A stretch of 64,000 bases of DNA. Origin: a virus (lineage: Duplodnaviria; Heunggongvirae; Uroviricota; Caudoviricetes). Within the stretch, counting starts at the first letter, position 1, and each line of letters starts with the position of its first letter. The DNA is taken from IMG/VR virus record IMGVR_UViG_3300044640_000771; one strand, written 5' to 3'. The notes under the pieces were generated by a model, which did not search any database, had not been told where the DNA came from, and saw nothing but the letters and a program-made list of their open reading frames with translations. Position numbers and translations under genes: made by a program. Positions 52,785 to 62,390 of this stretch are shown piece after piece.

Positions 52785-54104
52785 TCAATACGGTTTGATG
52801 AATACAGTAGTAATATCTTCAGTATTCAGATAGATAGTTGAGTCTGTATTAGGTCCGATGTATACAACTTCAGCATCCGGCATTATCTCAGCAAGAACGA
52901 AGTACAAGAAGTCGATATCAGAAGTAACCTGCGTCAACCCTTGAATCAAGTATGTACAAGAGCGTGAAGAAGTTAATCCAAAGCGAACCTTGAATTCTTC
53001 CGTCAGTGTAGAACTGCTGGCTTGTCTTACTGTATAAGTCTGAGGCTGGTTATTACCAACCTGTACTTGAATCACATAGTTTACACCCGCAGAACTATTT
53101 ACACTCTGCAGAATGCTGTAAGAGATTCCGTTCGTTGCGTTTACTTGAGTTCTAACCTTGTATGAGACACTGTAGGAAGTAATTACTCCCGTTGCATTCA
53201 AGATGTTATAAACTACATCGGTACTAGCAAGAGTGCTTGTTCTAATGTTGTAGCTTACAGATTGATTTCTTGAAGCTGAACCTCGGATCAGATAAGATAG
53301 AACGTCTGATTCACTTACTGAAGTTCTTACGAAATAACTAGCAGAATCTGTCTCTTGAACAGATGCTCGCACAGAATAGTTCGGTGAAGTAACTCTTTGT
53401 ACCTGCGCGCGGATCGAATATCCGCTTGCGGAAGTATTCAATGTAGCAGAACGAACTACATAAGAAGAACTGTCTAATTCAGTAACTCCGGTTCTTACGA
53501 AATAGTTACCAGCAGAAGCTCTTGTTAGTTCTGATCTTACATTGTAAGTTGCACTTCTACTTTGTTGAGCAGAAGTTCTTACGTTATAAGAAGCAGAATT
53601 AGAACCTGCTACTAATCCAGCAACACCATACGCAGCAGCAATTGATTTGTTAATCTGAGTGCGTACTAAATATGAAGAAGATGTTTGTCTTGTTGCTGAA
53701 GTTCTGATCGTGAAACTGACTGATCGATTTGAAACAATAAGTTCTAGAATGTTGTAAGAACCAGATACAGTTCTTGATGCTAGACCTCTGATTCCAAACA
53801 AAGCATTCAACAGTGATGTAACCTGAGTCAATCCTCCACCAGCAAGAGTACTGAAACTAGCTTCAACAACTGAAGAATAGTTTGTTCCGTCAGACCAAAC
53901 AAAAGCAATCTTGTAGTCTGTACTTGCGGTTAATCCACTTGCAGCAGTAGGCCAATCAAATTGTCCGCTGGTATTCGGATCAGGAGTATTACCTGCCCAA
54001 GTTGCAGCGGAACCATTTGGAGCTAAACCAGCGATAACGTTGTTAGCACTAGGAGTGTACCAGCCAGCAGCCGGTGCAATAATTGAATAGATAGTTCCTA
54101 GCAT
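52785..54104 (-). CDS. structural-like protein with 14-residue tandem repeats (x-SY-x-VRT-x7)
   Basis: About 14 consecutive repeats such as SYNVRTSAQQSRSA, TYNVRSELTRASAG, NYFVRTGVTELDSS. Paralog of 58272..59408. Confidence 0.5.
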   Translation of the reverse strand: MLGTIYSIIAPAAGWYTPSANNVIAGLAPNGSAATWAGNTPDPNTSGQFDWPTAASGLTASTDYKIAFVWSDGTNYSSVVEASFSTLAGGGLTQVTSLLNALFGIRGLASRTVSGSYNILELIVSNRSVSFTIRTSATRQTSSSYLVRTQINKSIAAAYGVAGLVAGSNSASYNVRTSAQQSRSATYNVRSELTRASAGNYFVRTGVTELDSSSYVVRSATLNTSASGYSIRAQVQRVTSPNYSVRASVQETDSASYFVRTSVSESDVLSYLIRGSASRNQSVSYNIRTSTLASTDVVYNILNATGVITSYSVSYKVRTQVNATNGISYSILQSVNSSAGVNYVIQVQVGNNQPQTYTVRQASSSTLTEEFKVRFGLTSSRSCTYLIQGLTQVTSDIDFLYFVLAEIMPDAEVVYIGPNTDSTIYLNTEDITTVFIKPY

Positions 54105-54111
54105 CTTAACC

Positions 54112-54909
54112 TCAGTATTGTACGTTTAGTTCTGGTTTAGCGGAATTGGCGGCTATGTCGATAACACCAGGGGAGGTTAGGTCAGGAATTAAAACACCTG
54201 AATCACCTGTTGGGGCGAAGAGAGGATAACTCGTTTTTGTTAGGATTTGCCAAGGATTTCGTGTTAGCTCTCGGATCTCTAGGTCGGCCAGGACTCTAGA
54301 GTAGTTGTATCCAAAAAGCAGTTCAGTATCACTTGGGCAAACACTAGTGTTATCTCTTGCCTGGAAGCTGCTTAAAGAGCCAGTATTAGCGTTGTTCTGC
54401 TTTACGCCATTAACCCATAGATTGAAAGCACCCTCTCCAGCTGTGTAGGCTACTGTAACCCAATCTCCTGCAGTATAGATGGCGTCCGACTCGACTATGG
54501 TGTTAGCTCTGATTGTGGAACCTCTTACCCTGCCTGTCGTCAAGATATCAATAGAGGCGCCTTCACCAGAGATGTTGTTGAATCCAAAAACAGCCCGGTC
54601 TGCAAAGCTTTTTATCCGAAATCGGCAAATAATTGTAAAGGGTGACGCTGTATTGATAGGCGCTTCGTTCTTAAACGTATATGAAATATTAGGCGAACTG
54701 ACACTGGTAGACATCACCCGCCCTTCTCTTGACACATGCTGACTCATCAAGTTGCCATTAGAATTGGCAAACCACAGCCGTCTGCTGATAAGCTCAAGAT
54801 GCGGCGTGACACCATTCCAGGCTCCTTCTAAACCCCTTGACAGAGGGTGCCCCCAATTTACCCAGATAGGTACCTGAGGCTGCGAGGTAAATACTTCATT
54901 TTTATGCAC
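54112..54909 (-). CDS. concanavalin A-like lectin / LamG-like domain protein
   Basis: Beta-rich. C-terminal LTRNPWQILTK motif shared with the two domains of the neighbouring 512-aa protein. Confidence 0.4.
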   Translation of the reverse strand: MHKNEVFTSQPQVPIWVNWGHPLSRGLEGAWNGVTPHLELISRRLWFANSNGNLMSQHVSREGRVMSTSVSSPNISYTFKNEAPINTASPFTIICRFRIKSFADRAVFGFNNISGEGASIDILTTGRVRGSTIRANTIVESDAIYTAGDWVTVAYTAGEGAFNLWVNGVKQNNANTGSLSSFQARDNTSVCPSDTELLFGYNYSRVLADLEIRELTRNPWQILTKTSYPLFAPTGDSGVLIPDLTSPGVIDIAANSAKPELNVQY

Positions 54910-54916
54910 AATTACC

Positions 54917-56455
54917 TCACTTCGGAAGGATTAATTGGGATTGGTTCTTGAAGAGTTGCCAGGGATTATTGCTGATAGAACGTACTTCTGCAAAACTCAA
55001 AGCTCTTGTCCAACCTGCGACCGTAATAAAATCTATAGCACCGATAGTCACTAGCCCTGTAACTAAGATTCCATGTCTACCTTGACCGTTCCAGTAGCTA
55101 GGAGCTTGATCAAACATTAGAATGCCATCAATATATAGTTTTACATTAGTTGCAGAAGTTACTGTAACAATATCGTAATACTTTCCTAGTTCTGCAGTAA
55201 GAGCAATTGGAGTCTTGATGAAAGTTCCTGTATAAAGTTCAACGTAGAAAGTTGCATTAGTACCAGCGTACAATCCGACACCTAAGTTAAAAGCATCACC
55301 CAAGAAGTTACAATCACCACTTGTGAATGAATTTAACTTCATTCGACAGTAACTCGTGAATATAGAAGCTCCCGTATTTAGGAAACCTACACCACAGTTA
55401 AGGTTAAAAGCCGTGTATGCTAGTCCCATCGGAGTAGGTTTTGCACCTACATTGTTTGTTAGGCTTGTAGATCGTTCACTCGTTGGCTGAGAGATTTTAC
55501 CCAACATTCCTTTTACATCAGCGTGACCAACGTAAGGTGGAGTGAATAAGTCAAACAATGATCTTGTAATCGAATTTGACCAAGCTATTTCAATTGCCGA
55601 AGCGTTAACTGGTTGTCGTGATAGAACCTTCTTAGTATCGCCAGTAGGAACATTGACGACAGTAGTATCACTCAACTTACGCTTAGACGTACCAAGTAAA
55701 GTAGATTCACGCAGAATCGGTTTTCTGTTTTCTTTGGTTGTGACATCCAGGGGTGTGTTAACTTTCTTATAGAACAATTGCCAAGGATTATCATGAAACG
55801 CTTTACACTCTGCTTCCCCCCAAGGAGTTGAACTATACCCCGCAATAACTATATCTGCATCTAAGTCCCATTCAGTACCTCCTGAATATCCACCAAAGTT
55901 AAGAGTCTTAGGTTCGCTATTGATTAAGGCATTACCGATTCCCTGTACACGACGAATACCGTCAAAGTACACATCCGTAGATCCCGATCTTGCACTAAAT
56001 ACCACACTGCGATTTCTACTGTTTGCAAGATTTGGGGCACCAGTTCCAGATGTTGCACCTACGTAAACTCTACCATCAGAAACCAATTGTAAGTATGAAC
56101 TTGCAGAAGTAGTCGATAGGAAAATACAATTGACACCTAGATCGTAAACTCCAAATCTTGGCATCCATACAAAGAAAGTTCCGGTAGCACCACCCATATG
56201 AGGATAATCAGCACTCTGGAAAACACGGGAAGTTGTCCCATCAAACCTTGATGAAATACCTGATTGTGTCAGCGCACTTGTCGCACCATTCACCGGTGTC
56301 CAAATAGCGCTTGTATTGACTAAATCGACTAACTTACCTGATCGCTGCATCAGTAGCATCTGCAACCCTCTACCTAATCCTGAGTAATCAACTTGGACAG
56401 CACCTTGAGGTTGCTTGGTACAAGGTAAATATCTGGGTAGTACTACATCTGTCAT
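54917..56455 (-). CDS. tandem LamG/lectin-like domain protein
   Basis: Two related domains ending FHDNPWQLFYKK and ISNNPWQLFKNQ. Confidence 0.4.
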   Translation of the reverse strand: MTDVVLPRYLPCTKQPQGAVQVDYSGLGRGLQMLLMQRSGKLVDLVNTSAIWTPVNGATSALTQSGISSRFDGTTSRVFQSADYPHMGGATGTFFVWMPRFGVYDLGVNCIFLSTTSASSYLQLVSDGRVYVGATSGTGAPNLANSRNRSVVFSARSGSTDVYFDGIRRVQGIGNALINSEPKTLNFGGYSGGTEWDLDADIVIAGYSSTPWGEAECKAFHDNPWQLFYKKVNTPLDVTTKENRKPILRESTLLGTSKRKLSDTTVVNVPTGDTKKVLSRQPVNASAIEIAWSNSITRSLFDLFTPPYVGHADVKGMLGKISQPTSERSTSLTNNVGAKPTPMGLAYTAFNLNCGVGFLNTGASIFTSYCRMKLNSFTSGDCNFLGDAFNLGVGLYAGTNATFYVELYTGTFIKTPIALTAELGKYYDIVTVTSATNVKLYIDGILMFDQAPSYWNGQGRHGILVTGLVTIGAIDFITVAGWTRALSFAEVRSISNNPWQLFKNQSQLILPK

Positions 56456-56485
56456 ATTATCTCCATAATAGCTACCCAGAGTAGC

Positions 56486-56971
56486 TTAGTTGTAAAAAGT
56501 TTCTACGTATTCAGCATAATGCCCCGAAGCTGCTAAAGCCGCCCCAGTCTGATTCTGAATGACAATACCCCATTTGCGAGGTACAAAACCTAAAGCACCT
56601 ACAACACTGCCTTCTAGTTTATTCGTTTGGCTAGGTACAGCCGATACAGACTGTAACCATTTTAGTGCAATATTACCAAACGAGCCCAATGTAATAGAAC
56701 CAGCAGTTCCAGTAACAACTTCTACAGTACCAGTAGCACCAGGATAACTATTGTCATCGTTAGTACCCCACACGAATACCGTAACCAGAGTACTAGCGGA
56801 TTGAGTGTGAGCGCCACAAACTACACCAACGTTTACAGTAATGTCTGTAACATTGTTTGTTGTAGAGCTAATCACTTCGTTTGATTGCGCCGCTGCGGTT
56901 GCGCTTGAAGCCAAGCTGTTTACAGCCGTACCCAAGTTAACAGCAGCAGGATTACTTCTTTGAATTGCCAT
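56486..56971 (-). CDS. hypothetical beta-rich structural-like protein
   Basis: 161 aa, Thr/Val/Gly-rich. Confidence 0.35.
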   Translation of the reverse strand: MAIQRSNPAAVNLGTAVNSLASSATAAAQSNEVISSTTNNVTDITVNVGVVCGAHTQSASTLVTVFVWGTNDDNSYPGATGTVEVVTGTAGSITLGSFGNIALKWLQSVSAVPSQTNKLEGSVVGALGFVPRKWGIVIQNQTGAALAASGHYAEYVETFYN

Positions 56972-56973
56972 TA

Positions 56974-57402
56974 TTAAACTCCCTGTTCGTCAAAAGCTGC
57001 TTGAACTTGTGACCAATCTACTGTATCAGGAACAGAAGCTAGACCTTTTAGGTTTGCAGCTTCAGTTGCTGTAATTGCTCCACCAGCAGCCAATTGATCC
57101 AACAGAAGTTGAGTAGCAGGATCGCCAAGGTCGATACCTTCTGTAGTACCTAGAAAACGAACTGCGCGCTTAACTAGGCTAGCCATTGGATGTGCAGTTT
57201 GTGAAAATACTTCAAGCTTTGTAAGTACAGCATCAGCCTCAACTGGTCCCGTAGGATACTTTGCTAGAATTCCGCGCTCACCCATTAGTGTCTGTACTGT
57301 CTTTGTACGACCAATGTTTAGAAACGCAGCAATTTCATGCATGTTTCTACGAGCCAGCATTTCAGCAGAGCATTTTGTTTGAATTTCATTCCATAGAGAC
57401 AT
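56974..57402 (-). CDS. hypothetical protein
   Basis: 142 aa, alpha-helical. Confidence 0.35.
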   Translation of the reverse strand: MSLWNEIQTKCSAEMLARRNMHEIAAFLNIGRTKTVQTLMGERGILAKYPTGPVEADAVLTKLEVFSQTAHPMASLVKRAVRFLGTTEGIDLGDPATQLLLDQLAAGGAITATEAANLKGLASVPDTVDWSQVQAAFDEQGV

Positions 57403-57427
57403 GGTATCTCCTTATTCTAATTGTCAA

Positions 57428-57922
57428 TTAAGGGTTGCTATCGCCTTGAACAGCAATAGTGAATGAATCAGCTACAGCAGCAGTACCAGCGTTAACAGTA
57501 CGACGAATCCAGATTGACTTAGTTGCACCAACAGCTAGATCACCAATTGAAAGACCAGCAGCAAAGTTAGCAGGTTCAGAGAACGTTACGCCTGAAGGAG
57601 CAGTTGTTTCGTTAGCAACAGTTTGTTCTGTTGCGTTGATCGCAGCAGTACCTAGACCAATAGCTACAGTAGTTGTAGCAGAAGGAGTATTCGTCTGGAT
57701 GAATACTTTCGGAGCAATCAGAGTTAGAGTACCGTTAGTATTCTTTACGTAGATACAACGATATTCAACCGTACCAGTTGTAGCTTCAGCACTTGGAACA
57801 TCGTCAAAAAGACTTGCAGTTGTTTCTGTTGTAGAAATTACACCACCCAAAGAAGCATTAGGGTTGGCATTACCAGCACCACCAGAGAAGTAGTATTTGA
57901 TATCGGTAGATAGAATCGGCAT
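57428..57922 (-). CDS. hypothetical beta-rich structural-like protein
   Basis: 164 aa, Thr/Ala-rich. Confidence 0.35.
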   Translation of the reverse strand: MPILSTDIKYYFSGGAGNANPNASLGGVISTTETTASLFDDVPSAEATTGTVEYRCIYVKNTNGTLTLIAPKVFIQTNTPSATTTVAIGLGTAAINATEQTVANETTAPSGVTFSEPANFAAGLSIGDLAVGATKSIWIRRTVNAGTAAVADSFTIAVQGDSNP

Positions 57923-57931
57923 TTTATTTCC

Positions 57932-58285
57932 TTAGTTACGAGTGACTTCCTGACTCACAGAGACACTTCCCTGCAGCAGTCGAATAGGTTTTGATAGAGA
58001 ATCTAGTAGTTCTAGATCGTACACATACTTCAGAGAAGTAAATGCTGTTGTGTCTGCCTCAGACAAGTTGATTTCAACAGAAGATGTTCCAGTGTCAATA
58101 ATCAGCTTACCGTTTGCAGTACTTGCGTCAACAGCTACTTGACTACTACTAACATATGGTCTAAACTGCATTCTGGCAGTCCAACCTGTCATGTTAGGTA
58201 GGGAATTATCCTCATTTCTTACGAGGAATTTTTTCTTATATGGAATCCCTTGTTCGATTTCCAGATCGAATTTAGTTGCGGCCAT
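57932..58285 (-). CDS. small conserved protein, paralog B of a duplicated module
   Basis: MAATKFDLEIEQGIPYKKKFLVRNED...YDLELLDSLSKPIRLLQGSVSVSQEVTRN. Paralogous to 60254..60592. Confidence 0.45.
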   Translation of the reverse strand: MAATKFDLEIEQGIPYKKKFLVRNEDNSLPNMTGWTARMQFRPYVSSSQVAVDASTANGKLIIDTGTSSVEINLSEADTTAFTSLKYVYDLELLDSLSKPIRLLQGSVSVSQEVTRN

Positions 58286-59408
58286 AATTGTCTTTCTTAT
58301 AGATAACAGAGATTAACTGTTTAGGTAACAGATATACGGTGCTTGAAGGATTAGTTGACAAGGTAATAGTGACTGCCGTATCATCGATTTTTCCAAGTAC
58401 GTTATAAGTAAACGAAACCTGTCGGTAAATTACCGAAGACAATTCAACATTATACCACAGATTTATCTGTTTTTCTACAGTTTGGCGAACAGAATAACTA
58501 CACAACCCAGAATTCGTAGTAGAAACTCTAACAAAGTATGAACTAGGTAGAGAATTCTGAATCAACTGTCTTACGTTATAAAGAGAAGTTATACTATCAG
58601 ATACTGAACTACGAACAAACCAAGACGATGAATATTGATTAACTGCAATCAGCGAGTTCAGAATGTCATAGTTAAACGACCTGTCTTTACTCGTGAAAGT
58701 TCTTATGTTGTAACCAGCATACGTACTTGACGAACTAGATTGTCTAACTAAATAGGACAATACACTGGTCTGTAACGTAGACAGTCTTACAAAATAAGAC
58801 TTACTTCCACTCTTTGAAACACTCTGACGGATGCTGTAGCTTCCGTTTTGTATTGTTACGGAGAATCCTCGTACTCTATAAGAAGCAGAACTATCTCTAT
58901 ATGCAGAAGTTCTTACGACATAAGATGGAGTGTTAGTTCCAGTCGATATCTGTCGGATCAGGTAGGACTGGTTTCTTGTGTTGGATACTGAAGTTCGAAC
59001 TGAATAACTTACGTTTTGTACGTTTGATACAAAACCAGACACACCATACGAAACTAATCTGGTGTTTTGTACTTGTTGTCTAATCGCGTAATTTACAGAC
59101 GCAGATTTTGTAGCAGAGGTATATACAGAATACGAGAACGCATCTGATGAATTCTGTTGCGTTCTAATCTGAAAGTTCGCAGAGATTGCAGACTGAACCT
59201 CTGATCTAGCAGCGTAGTTATATGCTAAGTTTCTAGAAACTGAAGTTCTTGTATTCCAGTTTGCTGAAGATGAAGCGGATACTTGGACTAAGCTTTGAAC
59301 AACATCGAAGTAATCATCAGATACGATTAAACCAGCGGGAGTGTCCCAAAAATCAGAACCACCGGAAAACCATATCGGTCTATCTGTTTCAGGACTTCTG
59401 ATTGACAT
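58272..59408 (-). CDS. structural-like protein with 14-residue tandem repeats (paralog of 52785..54104)
   Basis: SYSVRTSVSNTRNQ, SYLIRQISTGTNTP, SYVVRTSAYRDSSA, SYRVRGFSVTIQNG... Confidence 0.5.
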   Translation of the reverse strand: MSIRSPETDRPIWFSGGSDFWDTPAGLIVSDDYFDVVQSLVQVSASSSANWNTRTSVSRNLAYNYAARSEVQSAISANFQIRTQQNSSDAFSYSVYTSATKSASVNYAIRQQVQNTRLVSYGVSGFVSNVQNVSYSVRTSVSNTRNQSYLIRQISTGTNTPSYVVRTSAYRDSSASYRVRGFSVTIQNGSYSIRQSVSKSGSKSYFVRLSTLQTSVLSYLVRQSSSSSTYAGYNIRTFTSKDRSFNYDILNSLIAVNQYSSSWFVRSSVSDSITSLYNVRQLIQNSLPSSYFVRVSTTNSGLCSYSVRQTVEKQINLWYNVELSSVIYRQVSFTYNVLGKIDDTAVTITLSTNPSSTVYLLPKQLISVIYKKDNYGRN

Positions 59409-59411
59409 ACT

Positions 59412-60245
59412 TTATCCGTGAGCTAGTTTACCACCACCCCTTACAGTTCCTGTGCTGGTAGTAGAAGTTAATTGAATCATGAATAGTGCTGATGAATTCG
59501 GTACGTTAGCCAAACCCAATTGAGCCCAATCTGCCGTTTCTGTTTTATTTGCAACATTCAAAGACAGTAGAGTTCTAGGTCGAGTTGCTGTAACTCCGAA
59601 ACTACCTGCTGTTCCTGTAGTTGCTGATAACTGTACAGTATTTACTGCACGAATAAACTTGCCAGGATTAGCAGCATTCAAACCGTTCAACGGAAGCATA
59701 AATGAAGCGGGACGAGTAGCGGCAAGAGAAGCGCTCAAGTTAGCAGTTGTGCCATCGTTAAATGTAACAGTAACTGTAGCGGTAACAGCCGTACCACCTG
59801 TTGCTGTATACCATTCTAGCCACCACTGTACATCAGAGTAGTTAGAATCACCAATTCGTTCTGTTAAATTTGATGTAGCAAGATTTGCGTTTAGATCAAC
59901 GTTCACCGTTTGAGCAGTAGTTAGCGTACCATTTAGACCACCCACGTGCATCAATCTATCGTGGAACTCCACAGTAACTGCCGAGTTAGAACAAACAGCA
60001 TTTGCCCAAGCTAGATATGAAGTTGATGGACTAGTTTGCTGAGTAAAGTTGAAAGTACCTAACAGGCTATTATTACAAACAGCCGCTGCAGCAGGAATAG
60101 CACCTTGTCCTGGTTGACCTGTAGCTCTCCAAAGAGATACATACGTACCAGCTGCTTGTGAAGCAATGGAAGCTTTATCAATAACAAGACGACTGCTATT
60201 ATTAGCCAGCGCATCAATCAGTGCATCACGAGTTGAAATAGTCAT
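59412..60245 (-). CDS. hypothetical beta-rich structural-like protein
   Basis: 277 aa, Thr/Ala/Asn-rich (TATGGTAVTATVTVTFNDGTTANLSASLAA). Confidence 0.35.
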   Translation of the reverse strand: MTISTRDALIDALANNSSRLVIDKASIASQAAGTYVSLWRATGQPGQGAIPAAAAVCNNSLLGTFNFTQQTSPSTSYLAWANAVCSNSAVTVEFHDRLMHVGGLNGTLTTAQTVNVDLNANLATSNLTERIGDSNYSDVQWWLEWYTATGGTAVTATVTVTFNDGTTANLSASLAATRPASFMLPLNGLNAANPGKFIRAVNTVQLSATTGTAGSFGVTATRPRTLLSLNVANKTETADWAQLGLANVPNSSALFMIQLTSTTSTGTVRGGGKLAHG

Positions 60246-60253
60246 ATAAATCC

Positions 60254-60592
60254 TTATCTTGTAACTTCAGGACTAACCTGAACTTTTCCTTCAAGCAGTC
60301 TCACTGGTTCATCCGATGCATCTAACAATTCAAGATCGTAGTAGTATTCAGCATACTTCAAATTTCTAGTCTCTTCTTCCGAGAGATTCAAGTAAACAGT
60401 AGACGCAACGATTGAAATTCTGCCGTTGTAAGTACTAGACTCTAACTCTACTTTTAGACTAGAGTAAGCGATCCTGAAGTGCATCCTAGCGTTAAAACCT
60501 GACAAGTCTTTAGGACTAAGATTTTCATTTCTTACAATGAACCCCTGTTCGAAAGGAATTCCTTGTTCAATTTCAAGCAGATGATTTTTCAT
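60254..60592 (-). CDS. small conserved protein, paralog A of a duplicated module
   Basis: MKNHLLEIEQGIPFEQGFIVRNEN...YDLELLDASDEPVRLLEGKVQVSPEVTR. Confidence 0.45.
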   Translation of the reverse strand: MKNHLLEIEQGIPFEQGFIVRNENLSPKDLSGFNARMHFRIAYSSLKVELESSTYNGRISIVASTVYLNLSEEETRNLKYAEYYYDLELLDASDEPVRLLEGKVQVSPEVTR

Positions 60593-60887
60593 GTTCTAAC
60601 TTTCTGATCAAACGCTTGGCATCAAGAACAATCTCTTTTCCATTTCGCTCAAGTCTTCCGTATAGAACACCGTAATCATCGTGCAGCAACTTAGCTACTT
60701 TGCACCATTCCTCAAAGGTTATACTTTCACCGTCAGATTTCAACGCTGCATGTAAATATGCAGTGTTATCCCCCAATAGCTCAACTTGAATTACCCCGAT
60801 GTACGAATCTTTGTTTTCGTAGTTATCGGGGCTTCTGTATAACCTAAGAGTCAATGACGTTACTTGCGCGTGCCATTGAGTTTTCAT
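60573..60887 (-). CDS. hypothetical protein
   Basis: 104 aa immediately downstream of the portal gene. Confidence 0.35.
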   Translation of the reverse strand: MKTQWHAQVTSLTLRLYRSPDNYENKDSYIGVIQVELLGDNTAYLHAALKSDGESITFEEWCKVAKLLHDDYGVLYGRLERNGKEIVLDAKRLIRKLEHEKSSA

Positions 60888-60894
60888 GATTCAC

Positions 60895-62379
60895 CTATGC
60901 TTTGTTATCTAGATTATCAGATGAATTATCTTCACCGGCTACTTTGTCAGAAGTACCGTTTCCTGATCCCTTTTCCATTCCGTCGCCAGAACGAGAAGTT
61001 GCATCAGATAGATATTCCTCTCTCGGTTCTACATCTTCCGCAATAGGATCAAGGCCAGCGGCAGTTCTAACTGCGTTCAGCACAGGACGATCTTTCTCAA
61101 CAAGACCAACGGAAGTAACACGTTGCCAGTATTTGCTTAGAGTTTCCAGATCAACAGCATGTAGACCTTCATAGTCAAGTGTTGAACTTCTGGCTACATT
61201 CCAACCATTTAGCTCATACAATTGACGGATCACATCACGATTGAAAACCTCTACGATGTTGTCAAGCATTGACTCTACAGCAGAACCTGTTAGACTGTTC
61301 TTGATTTGACCTAGAGCAAAGGAACCTACTCCACCTTGACCTAGAATCAGAACGTCAGCAAACAATCCTGTGTAAATCATGTTCTGGTAGTACTCTTTCA
61401 CCTTACCAGTGTCAAAGTTCTTCTTACCACCTTCCGTACTCAATAGAGTAAGATCAAACAGAGCCTGTCTTGTTTCAGGATCGGTCTGAGAAGGTAGAAT
61501 AACACCAGATTGACTGTTGTTTTGAATATTACGAATGATGTTCTTAAAGTTCTCGTAGATAGCCTTCTGATCTGGACTAGCATCATCAGACATATACTGC
61601 GCAGGAATCTTTAGGACAGGCATACCTTGCAAATCGCGCGCAACACCAGCCGCTTCAATTTCCTGAATGACTGTAAGGTATCGCCACGCAAGGTAAACGT
61701 CACGAAGCGGAGATTTACCGTATGGATCATTTCTGTTTCTCCCTGTGGTTACAAGCATTACCTTAGAACGAGGAAGAACAACTTCTAGTTCTTGTTTGCT
61801 GCGGTTACCGTAGAGCTTTCCATTCTGTACGTTAGTCAGATTCTGCTTAACACCTAGAATTTCATTTCCGCTGTCATCAAAGATAAACTTCTCAATAGTT
61901 TCTTGACTTCTCAGTGCAATCTTCTTCAGAGCAATCTTGTTGTCTGAATACATGCTACCACTGTTAGTATTTCGTCTGCGGTATACCTTTTCAAGTACAG
62001 CAAATCCGTAAATATTAGAAGACAATGCATCTTTGATTACTTGTCGGAAAGGAACGTCCATGTCATGTAGACATTCCTCTACGAACTCAGCTTGTTTCTT
62101 TTCTTCTTCCGTTGCATTCTTAGGAGGTACAATTCTCCAAGTTACCTTTGAAATAAGATTCTCATAGAGTTGCAGACAAGCGTTGACACTTGTGTGGTAA
62201 CTCATTTCTCGGTAAGTCTTAATGTTATAGGGGAAGTTTAGCTCTCGCTTAATTTCTTCATTAGTTACACCGTCAAAGATCGAAAGACCTGAGTAGCCAA
62301 TTTCACCAATACGAAAACGTTCTGGTTGATCTTCTGGTGCAATCGCTTTTTCTACAGTTTCAGTTCTTTTTCTAGCCAT
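60895..62379 (-). CDS. portal protein
   Basis: 494 aa directly downstream of the large terminase. Acidic C-terminus. Size and position typical of a portal. Confidence 0.6.
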   Translation of the reverse strand: MARKRTETVEKAIAPEDQPERFRIGEIGYSGLSIFDGVTNEEIKRELNFPYNIKTYREMSYHTSVNACLQLYENLISKVTWRIVPPKNATEEEKKQAEFVEECLHDMDVPFRQVIKDALSSNIYGFAVLEKVYRRRNTNSGSMYSDNKIALKKIALRSQETIEKFIFDDSGNEILGVKQNLTNVQNGKLYGNRSKQELEVVLPRSKVMLVTTGRNRNDPYGKSPLRDVYLAWRYLTVIQEIEAAGVARDLQGMPVLKIPAQYMSDDASPDQKAIYENFKNIIRNIQNNSQSGVILPSQTDPETRQALFDLTLLSTEGGKKNFDTGKVKEYYQNMIYTGLFADVLILGQGGVGSFALGQIKNSLTGSAVESMLDNIVEVFNRDVIRQLYELNGWNVARSSTLDYEGLHAVDLETLSKYWQRVTSVGLVEKDRPVLNAVRTAAGLDPIAEDVEPREEYLSDATSRSGDGMEKGSGNGTSDKVAGEDNSSDNLDNKA

Positions 62380-62390
62380 GAAGGCACTCC

